Origin: an uncultured virus (IMG/VR IMGVR_UViG_3300025530_000008)
Taxonomy: Duplodnaviria > Heunggongvirae > Uroviricota > Caudoviricetes > Herelleviridae
Direction: 5' to 3' (one strand)
Virus record (IMG/VR): IMGVR_UViG_3300025530_000008
Length of the DNA: 64,000 nt
The position numbers and the translations under genes were made by a program. A model generated the notes under the pieces. That model did not search any database. It saw nothing but the letters and a program-made list of their open reading frames with translations, and was not told the origin of the DNA. This document shows positions 57,801 to 64,000 of the stretch, one piece after another (the stretch's first letter is position 1; the number at the start of each line of letters is the position of its first letter).

Positions 57801-60800
57801 TCTCGGCCGGGCACTCGGCTACACGGGCAAAGAGGCAAGCGACCTGAAGGCGACGCTGGTGGCACACGCCAACACGGCGCCGGATAAGCCGTTCATGCAG
57901 AAAATTTCGGATGAGGAATTCGCCCAGCACCGGGCGAAGACGAAAGCCGGGCTTCAGGAGTCCATGCTTCATAAAGATTTCCGGCTGGTCGACCAGACCC
58001 GGGACAAGGACGGCAACATCACGAGCCAGACCTTTGCTCAGAAGATGCCGGACGGCACCATGAACCACATCACGGTCGACGGCAGCGGCCGGATTACGGA
58101 CCCGCTGATGCGACGCCTGCTCAACCAGCGCGCACCGGTGACGAACGAGAAGGAACTGAACGAACTTCTGAAGAACGCGGTCGGCAACCGGGTATGGGTG
58201 ACGGCACACTTCGGAAGCGACATCCACATCGGAGACGCGCTGGGCCATCACGTGCAACTGGAGTATGACGGAAAAGGCGCGCCGCGGGTAGTCGGCGGAA
58301 AGTACGACGGCTATCGGTACGTTGACCGCCGCGACATTCCGAAAGGCGCAATCGACCCGGCAACGGGCGAGCCGGTAAAAGCGCTGTTCCGCAACGGCCG
58401 ATTGGTTGATCGTCGATTTACGACGAAAAATGACGTGCCGATGCGGGAAGGTAATCCGGTCATGTACAGGGACGGCGACAGCTACAAGAAGGGCCGCATC
58501 TACTCCATCGAGGGCGACAACTACAAGATCACGGATGGCCAAGGGCACGTCATCGGCATTTTCAAGAAGGAAGACCTGAAGCCGGCGAAGCAGGAAGGTC
58601 GCATGCTTTCGGAAGCCGGAACGGCCGTGCTGAAGGTAGCTCAGACCGGTACGCACCGCTTGAACGTACAGGAAGCACTGGCTGACATGTCGAAGGGCCG
58701 CCGGAAGCTGCTTGAAGAAGCCCTTCAGAGGGCACACATCCAGCGCGCAGCATTCGACTCCGACGGTAACCTTCGGAACGAGCTGGAGCTGTCGGATGCA
58801 GCGCACAAGCGGCTGAGCAAAATCCTCGGCCGGTCGAAAGCCGGACGGGAAATCCTGTCGAAGTTCAACAGCGCCTACACGAAAGAACTGGAGCTGCATG
58901 TGCCGGAGCGCCTGCGGAGCGTGGTCGAAGCGGAAGGCGTCCGGGTGCTGGCAGACGGCACGGCGCGCATTTCGGCATCGAAGTTCGAACAACTTCGGGA
59001 TGTGCTGAACAACGCCGGCAGCGGCATTTCGCTGACCTATCAAGCGCAGGAGCATTTGGCGGATCACTTCGCCCGCAAAGATCGTGTTCCGAAGGAAGTC
59101 AGCGAGCTGCGGAAGAAGTATCAGCCGTCGACGATTGAATCCGGCGACAAGGAATTCGACAAGCACTACAAGGCGCAGTTCAACGAGAAGTCGTACCTGA
59201 TGGACCCGTCAAAAGGTCTGTACGGCACGCAGCTTGACGGCGTCTCGCACCTCATCGAGCGCGGCCGGGGCATTGCCGGCCACGGCATGGGTACGGGTAA
59301 GACGATCCTCGGCGTGGTTGCCGGCCTGCATACGAAAGCGCAGGCGCTTGCTCGGGGCGAGAAACCGAAGAAGACGCTTATCGTGGCGCCGAAGGGCATC
59401 ATGTCGGACTGGGGCAAGGAAATCGCCACGCACACCAACAGCAAGGCGCTCTATATCGGTGGCGCAAGCAGCTTCGCCGGAGCGAAGCGCGGCGAGGACG
59501 GTAAGCGCTACTGGGGCCAAGCCGGCACGGAGCAGGAAGCTGTCGACATTCGGAAGTTCAAGAAAGGCTCGCACGCCGGTCAAGATCACGACTTCCATAT
59601 CGTCAGCTACGACACGTTCATGCGGAACCGCGACTTCTTCGCCAACAGCGGCGAGTACGACAACATCGTCATCGACGAAGTCCACGCCTTCAAGAACCAG
59701 AAAGGCAAGCGCGGCGCCGCGCTGGCGGAGACGACGGACAAGTTCAAGAACGTGTGGGGCCTGTCAGGTACGCCGATGGAGAATGATCCGCGTGAGATGC
59801 ACGCATTGGTCGACACCATCACCGGCGGCCGGCACGAGCTCGGAAGCCTGCGGGAGTTCCAGAACAAGTACATGATGAAGGACCGCAACGGCAAGCTGGT
59901 CGGCATCAAGCCGAGCATGGCGGAAAAGCTGGGCGACATTCTGGCATCCATAGTGCAGTTCCGAAGCGGCGAGGACGTAACCTACAACGACGGCAGCAAG
60001 ATTCGCTTCCCGCATCTGGTTGGTCAGCAATCGAATGATCCGGGACAGAATCCGAGTCCTCCGGTCGACTTCATCGGTGACATGGTCGACCGCAGCCGCG
60101 ACCACCAGACGACGGATTACTACGGCACGAAGCACTCGATTACCGATTTCGAAACCAGTACGAAGCAGGTTACCAACGCGAAAAGCGGCGAAACCTACGA
60201 GGTCACCACGACGACGCCGAAGAATGTATCGCCGGAGCTGGCGGCCATGTATGATACGTACAAGTCACTTGAAGCGAAGTACCTGCCAGCATCGAAGCTT
60301 AACGAGCTGGCGTCTGCGGCCGCAACAGGCATCGATCAAGGCCAGAAAGGTCAGTCGAACTACCTGACGGCCATGCAGAAGCTTCAGAAGTTCCTGAATG
60401 CACCGCTGGCGCACAAGATGTATGTCGAAGGCGGAAACGCAATCGATTCCGACGCAACGGATGCGCAGGCGGAAAAGCCGGCGAAGGGTGGCGCCTCCGG
60501 TCTGGTCGAAGGCAAGCACTACATCGTCGACGAGAACGGCTTCAAGCGCTACTTTGAAAGCGACGGCAAGGGCGGTTACCTGCGTAACCCGGACGGCAGC
60601 CCGAAGCTGCTGCCGCCGCTGCACAAGCAGAATCCGAAAGCGCAGTACCTGCAAGACCGGATTCACAAGTATCTGGATTCGCTCATGTTGGAGAACCGCC
60701 GTCGGGTAGCCCGCGGCGATAAGCCGCTGGTGCCGAAGGTTGTCGTGAAGTCGAACTACACGACGTTCGGCACAGACATCGTCGACAACGTGCTGAAGGA

Positions 60801-61449
60801 AGTCCGTAACACGCACCCGATCTTCGCCGAACTGGCGCGGCAGGGTTACACGAACTTGACCCACGGACAGTTCACCGGTGAAGCGAAGGACCGGGAAGAA
60901 ACAAAGAGCGGCTTCCGCGGCAACAAGCACGACTACCTGAATAATCAGGGCAACCTGTGGGCCACGACGGTTTCGCCGGCCGGTAAAGAAGGCGTTGACT
61001 TCGGAAACGCGCATCTGATGATCCACTACGATCAAGACTGGAACCCGCAGAAGATGGCGCAGTTTACGGCGCGCGTCCGGCGGTCGGACTCGGCGAAGAC
61101 GCACGAGCAGGTCGGCCGGGCGAATGCGGTTCGGGTCGAATCGCTGCACGTTCCGAATACGGTCGAGGACTTCATCTTCAACGCGCAAGACGCGAAGATG
61201 CGTGCGATTCAGCACGTTGTCCAAAGCACCCGGGATGCAGAGGCCTTCCCGAAGCTCGGTGAAACCGAAGGCACGGTCGGTTACGGTGCCCGCGGATTCA
61301 CCAGTCGCAAGCAGCCGCGTCAGCCGGTTGCACCGGCACGACCGGATAAAGCGCCGAGCATTCCAAAGCCCGGAAGCGGCGGAGCTGAAGTTCGGAAGCC
61401 CATGTTGGCGAGTGCTGACAAAGCACTGAAGTTAGTGGTACTCTTGTAG
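54838..61449 (+). CDS. giant polyvalent protein with a sigma70-like domain and C-terminal SNF2 ATPase
   Basis: Sigma regions 2-4 (DLLQ, LGRTPTHDEVASYL, LTDDEIRV...MTSPEVA); SNF2 GMGTGKT, IDEVH, SGTPMEN, GKEGVD, DWNP. Confidence 0.85.
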   Translation: MKPALVIDLQKASAARTWREELHPRDEQGRFTRIRGGSRIVTRTGKTGRVHKVTDTHYHVTADDGSKFTVSKKNAVHYDDYEAAMKAAKKNKRKASAAAKKAKATKASNKANATGKTGAAKPLADPTKKAAKKNPAAKKTSEAAENKTLVMPVTPKKRKAEKPLDNEQNRAIAEVAEIEKTPEKANLDKQWQSAEVQNILKKPVNKRSAEEIRRVAGKLTKENDKLARHVVHKMAAARGMSILGQVYRLKRHVGGNRSKEGKEEAKLHGATVVQETGLYGDLLQSARASMFATLSSVLSGSQNPRKGTAIGAHVISRMRQQLHRDMYDILNTIPAPHEIRTAIGDAWKAEETLTGKLGRTPTHDEVASYLQKNSKAFREAPIMQPPVWNEDKGEWEAKNQRVTDPSERLRVLKNYADQQKATHLDQGVTDERTGERRNVAEAMADRTAASPEARAIERERQQELRTALPKAMKEMGLTDDEIRVMVIKFSNPSSTTSKPTMTSPEVAAYLKEHYGMDVTSKWVDNRITLGMQKIKRAREQNHPALEQLRMLKSLVVRAILKMSWEIDLYKALTSWGLTPDVLEMRPTRIVYGRSREDILKSLEPHEYVGSFVTFEDGEVAAQVTELTLPEGHELRKAFMDTLQKAMFPHKGASNAEINKKAQEYVRANKQRYASLADQQLGRIRGKGGSLTWSEELLLKNPGSAWITWGGKRILINTGNGEIIYDSRNEAHREDYNQGAQEDKIEFHHEKEAGVSEENAHEHDHGIQAFRNEFMNRMRDEWIKKEGNKIVGGIKGEFLQHNSHKALDVYRDLSDEERKALDDMGADREAKAAFLGDHFLRKEGVIEALQQYRNGELSEEDIRQRLAGLGSLAGRNSKMMASFLGDVKKHDPATEEGLKKLAESFGAKEMTRAGEEASKNLLPEGKYMIGNPITGKTMIVHVGGAFTGGRGSRKKDESGKEEKGKYTSEVLEAFDPDGRIHETINTWGDLGRALGYTGKEASDLKATLVAHANTAPDKPFMQKISDEEFAQHRAKTKAGLQESMLHKDFRLVDQTRDKDGNITSQTFAQKMPDGTMNHITVDGSGRITDPLMRRLLNQRAPVTNEKELNELLKNAVGNRVWVTAHFGSDIHIGDALGHHVQLEYDGKGAPRVVGGKYDGYRYVDRRDIPKGAIDPATGEPVKALFRNGRLVDRRFTTKNDVPMREGNPVMYRDGDSYKKGRIYSIEGDNYKITDGQGHVIGIFKKEDLKPAKQEGRMLSEAGTAVLKVAQTGTHRLNVQEALADMSKGRRKLLEEALQRAHIQRAAFDSDGNLRNELELSDAAHKRLSKILGRSKAGREILSKFNSAYTKELELHVPERLRSVVEAEGVRVLADGTARISASKFEQLRDVLNNAGSGISLTYQAQEHLADHFARKDRVPKEVSELRKKYQPSTIESGDKEFDKHYKAQFNEKSYLMDPSKGLYGTQLDGVSHLIERGRGIAGHGMGTGKTILGVVAGLHTKAQALARGEKPKKTLIVAPKGIMSDWGKEIATHTNSKALYIGGASSFAGAKRGEDGKRYWGQAGTEQEAVDIRKFKKGSHAGQDHDFHIVSYDTFMRNRDFFANSGEYDNIVIDEVHAFKNQKGKRGAALAETTDKFKNVWGLSGTPMENDPREMHALVDTITGGRHELGSLREFQNKYMMKDRNGKLVGIKPSMAEKLGDILASIVQFRSGEDVTYNDGSKIRFPHLVGQQSNDPGQNPSPPVDFIGDMVDRSRDHQTTDYYGTKHSITDFETSTKQVTNAKSGETYEVTTTTPKNVSPELAAMYDTYKSLEAKYLPASKLNELASAAATGIDQGQKGQSNYLTAMQKLQKFLNAPLAHKMYVEGGNAIDSDATDAQAEKPAKGGASGLVEGKHYIVDENGFKRYFESDGKGGYLRNPDGSPKLLPPLHKQNPKAQYLQDRIHKYLDSLMLENRRRVARGDKPLVPKVVVKSNYTTFGTDIVDNVLKEVRNTHPIFAELARQGYTNLTHGQFTGEAKDREETKSGFRGNKHDYLNNQGNLWATTVSPAGKEGVDFGNAHLMIHYDQDWNPQKMAQFTARVRRSDSAKTHEQVGRANAVRVESLHVPNTVEDFIFNAQDAKMRAIQHVVQSTRDAEAFPKLGETEGTVGYGARGFTSRKQPRQPVAPARPDKAPSIPKPGSGGAEVRKPMLASADKALKLVVLL

Positions 61450-61454
61450 TAGCA

Positions 61455-61478
61455 GAGCGGGGCGGAAATGCCCCGCTC
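61455..61478 (+). terminator. GC hairpin after the giant gene
   Basis: GAGCGGGGC-loop-GCCCCGCTC; weak T-tract. Confidence 0.5.
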
Positions 61479-61500
61479 CCTTAAGGGAGGGGGTAGGTAA

Positions 61501-61755
61501 GTGGCGGACCGGATGTTCGATACGGACTCATTTCTGGATGAGATTCAGACACCGGAAGAAGCAAAAGCCTGCGTGGATTTCCTGACCGCGAACGAACGAA
61601 TCTTCCGAAGACAGCTTATGGACGAGGGCCTGTCGCATGAGCAGGAAGAACAGGAAGTAAAGGCGGTCTGGACGAATCTCATCAAGGCCTGCCGCCGGGT
61701 CGGCTACAAAGACCCGTGGGTGGATGAGAAGGCAAAACGATACGGTGTAGGGTAA
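61501..61755 (+). CDS. hypothetical protein
   Basis: GGAGG SD. Confidence 0.65.
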   Translation: MADRMFDTDSFLDEIQTPEEAKACVDFLTANERIFRRQLMDEGLSHEQEEQEVKAVWTNLIKACRRVGYKDPWVDEKAKRYGVG

Positions 61756-61768
61756 GGAGGTCTGGGCG

Positions 61769-61969
61769 GTGGTAAAATGCGAAGGCTGCGGGCGGATCAT
61801 TCTTGACCAGACTTCGGAGGGATGGAAGCTGCGCACACGAATGCTGCTGTTCGAGCGCGGCGGTGCGTATGCGATATGTCCGTCTTGCAAGAAGGAAGTC
61901 AAGGTGCCTGTCGTATTGAACGATCCACCGCCCGCACTTCCGAAGACGAAATTGTTGGTGAAAATTTGA
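61769..61969 (+). CDS. small Zn-ribbon protein
   Basis: CEGC...CPSC; AAGGAGG SD. Confidence 0.65.
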   Translation: MVKCEGCGRIILDQTSEGWKLRTRMLLFERGGAYAICPSCKKEVKVPVVLNDPPPALPKTKLLVKI

Positions 61970-61979
61970 AACAATATTA

Positions 61980-62008
61980 TTGACTAACTTCCGAAGTGGA
62001 AGTATATT
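61980..62008 (+). promoter_or_regulatory. SigA-like promoter for the protease/capsid operon
   Basis: TTGACT-N17-TATATT with CTTCCGAAG in the spacer. Confidence 0.65.
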
Positions 62009-62029
62009 CAGAATCAAAAGGGCAACGAA

Positions 62030-62149
62030 GTCCAACGAGGACAGCCCAAGACGTGCATTTGTGGATCGTCCTTTACCAGCTCCTCGATCCACAAATGACA
62101 TAGCCGTCCCCATCCCGCGGCTTACGTCTTGTGCTGTCCTCGTTGGATT
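62030..62149. ncRNA. candidate structured leader RNA
   Basis: 24-bp basal stem (1 mismatch) plus a perfect 13-bp inner hairpin. Confidence 0.5.
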
Positions 62150-62175
62150 TTTGGCGGGGAAAGGTAGGTGATAAC

Positions 62176-63789
62176 ATGCGTTCCACGCTGGAAAACAACG
62201 ACACTTACCATCTGTGGGTGCCCATTGAAGACGCCGACCTGATGAAGTCGGTCGAAGTCGATGAAAATGGCGACTGGATTGTTCGCGGCGTCATGACATC
62301 CGACGACAAGGACGAGGAAAACGACGTTATCAGCCCTGAAGGTATGGATTGCTCGTACTTCCTCGAGAAAGGCTGGATCAAATACGAGCACGGCAACAAT
62401 CCGAACCAGTTCATCGGCGAACCGATCGCCGTCAAGGTAGGGCGCTTCAAGCATCCGACACTCGACAAGTCGGTCAACGGCGTCTATGTCGAAGGCAGGC
62501 TGTACCGTAACCGCGAGCTTGCAAAGCAGGCCGTTCAAACGATCGAAGACCTTCAGAAGTCGAACACCAAACGGCGGATGGGTTGGTCGATCGAGGGCAG
62601 CGTGCGCGAGCGGTGCCGAAAGACCGGCAAAATCGTGAAATCCGTTCTTCGGAACGTGGTACTTACGATGAATCCGGTAAATACAATGACGTGGGTCGAA
62701 CTGGCGAAGTCCTTCGCTAAAAACCACGAACTGACGATCGACATGCCGATGGACAAGTCTCTTGACACCGGCGAAATGGCGGAAGTGACGCCGCAGTCGG
62801 TCGAGGGCGGGAGCAAGAAAGCTGTTCCCGAAGTAAGCGACGAGGCATGGAGCCGTCTTCTGCGCGCTTTCGTTGAAAGCGACGAAGACGATATCCATAA
62901 ATCCGTGGACTCGCCGGGAAGTTTGGCCATGAAGGCCTTCGCCTTTGCCAAACTGAAAGGCTTCAACTACGACGACGCCTACACTTTCGGTGCGTTCGTC
63001 AAGCAAAACCACGGGAAAATTCGGCTCTTAATCAAGAGCCATGGGGGTGAGACGATGAGCAAGCAAACGGGTGTGCTCGACACGGCGCTGGAGGAACTGG
63101 AGAAGGCGCTGGACATCGAAGCTGTGCAGGACGAGGACGAGCTGCTGAAATCGCAATCTTCCGAAGATGACGAGGAAGATTACGAGGACGACAGCGAGGA
63201 CTACGAAGACGCCGACGAGGACAGTGACGAGGACAGCGACGAGGACAGCGACGAGGACAGCGACGAGGACAGCGACGAGGAAGGCGACGGCGAAGGTTTT
63301 GCGAAGTCCTTCAGCAAGGACAGCACGGTGCAGCAAGCGCTGGAAGTCTCGGACTTCCTGTCCAGACTCGTCGACGAAGTCGGCTACTCGATCGACACCG
63401 TGAACAAGTCCCTGAGCAGCGTAAGCCGTCAGCAAAGCGCACTTCTGAAGGCATTCAAGGCCGTTGGCGAACAGCTCCGCGACCTTGCGGAAGAAAACGC
63501 TGAGCTGAAGAAATCCTTCGAAGAACTGCTGAATCGTCCGATCGGGCGCCGCGGCGTAACGTCGACGCGGGAAGTCCAAACCATCACGAAGGGCTTCAAT
63601 CTGGGTCCGCAGCCGATGGAAGGCAAGCTGACGAGAGCGAGAGTGCTCGCCGAGCTGAATAAATCGTTCGAAGCCGGCAACTACAGCCTCGGCGAAGAAA
63701 TCATGCGCTACGAGGCGGGTGTTCCGCTCGAGAACTTGAACCTTCCGCACGAGCTGCGCGTGAAGTTCGGCCTCGCATCGGCTGAATAA
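62176..63789 (+). CDS. prohead protease fused to an acidic scaffold-like domain
   Basis: GWIKYEH, IGEP, VEGRLY, MGWSIEG, NVVLT.NPVN; DEDS repeats; coiled-coil C-terminus. Confidence 0.88.
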   Translation: MRSTLENNDTYHLWVPIEDADLMKSVEVDENGDWIVRGVMTSDDKDEENDVISPEGMDCSYFLEKGWIKYEHGNNPNQFIGEPIAVKVGRFKHPTLDKSVNGVYVEGRLYRNRELAKQAVQTIEDLQKSNTKRRMGWSIEGSVRERCRKTGKIVKSVLRNVVLTMNPVNTMTWVELAKSFAKNHELTIDMPMDKSLDTGEMAEVTPQSVEGGSKKAVPEVSDEAWSRLLRAFVESDEDDIHKSVDSPGSLAMKAFAFAKLKGFNYDDAYTFGAFVKQNHGKIRLLIKSHGGETMSKQTGVLDTALEELEKALDIEAVQDEDELLKSQSSEDDEEDYEDDSEDYEDADEDSDEDSDEDSDEDSDEDSDEEGDGEGFAKSFSKDSTVQQALEVSDFLSRLVDEVGYSIDTVNKSLSSVSRQQSALLKAFKAVGEQLRDLAEENAELKKSFEELLNRPIGRRGVTSTREVQTITKGFNLGPQPMEGKLTRARVLAELNKSFEAGNYSLGEEIMRYEAGVPLENLNLPHELRVKFGLASAE

Positions 63790-63822
63790 TCCATTAGCCT
63801 AAGAGAAAGGGGAGAACGCGAC

Positions 63823-64000
63823 ATGTTGGGTGTTATGGACCCGCAAGTTACCGAAGGCTTCGGTGTATCGTCGGTAGAACAACTCGACGAGCTTCAGAAG
63901 GCCCTCGGTACTGGTCAGGATGGCGAAGCATATGGCAATGGTGCCTATGCTGACATGTCCGCTATCCGTCCGCAGTCGCTTGAAGGTACGCTCAAGGTCG
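63823..64000 (+). CDS. major capsid protein (3' truncated)
   Basis: MLGVMDP...ELQKALGTG...AIRPQSLEGTLKV, an SPO1-like capsid N-terminus; follows the protease. Confidence 0.8.
   Translation, partial: MLGVMDPQVTEGFGVSSVEQLDELQKALGTGQDGEAYGNGAYADMSAIRPQSLEGTLKV

Noticed and set aside
56185..59166. 993-aa minus-strand ORF, and other long antisense ORFs such as 14939-16279 and 47190-48521
   Set aside because: They shadow well-supported + strand genes, have no recognisable motifs or SD, and are expected from GC-rich third codon positions
309..63166. Explaining CTTCNGAAG purely as the coding of L-x-K protease sites
   Set aside because: The motif also occurs in the other two frames, in non-virion genes and in intergenic DNA
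1..64000. tRNA, rRNA, integrase or transposase genes
   Set aside because: None recognised by eye; tRNAscan and profile searches would be needed to exclude them formally

Overview
This window is a 64-kb section of a large tailed phage genome (roughly 55-60% GC by eye). Firmicutes-type Shine-Dalgarno sites and SigA-type promoters suggest a Bacillales host (inference). Nearly all genes are on the + strand. (1) 1-20 kb is a replication/recombination module: SNF2 helicase, small HTH regulator, probable SSB, AEP primase fused to an MCM-type helicase, family A DNA polymerase with an N-terminal DUF4326-like domain, RuvC, dUTPase, Cas4-like nuclease and ATP-dependent ligase. (2) 20.2-21.6 kb is a minus-strand ParM/ParR-like partition pair, suggesting a phage-plasmid lifestyle. 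(3) 21.6-37.8 kb is an accessory/early region with repeated promoter-leader cassettes, a Rok-like protein, a DEDDh exonuclease and four tandem hexapeptide-repeat paralogues. (4) 37.8-39.1 kb is an AT-rich non-coding control region with nested inverted repeats. (5) 39-64 kb is an SPO1-like head module (TerS, TerL, portal, MuF, prohead protease/scaffold, start of major capsid) with three large polyvalent proteins in the middle. Most notable: a complete sigma70-like domain plus a SNF2 ATPase inside a 2203-aa head-module protein; recurring hydrophobic-x-K|S/A/G motifs (candidate prohead-protease sites) at domain boundaries, suggesting capsid-packaged effector polyproteins; a private promoter class TAGAAT-N17-TATGNT that such a sigma could read; and a palindrome, CTTC(C/G)GAAG, present about 70 times across the window. 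All calls come from reading the sequence by eye; no database searches were run.
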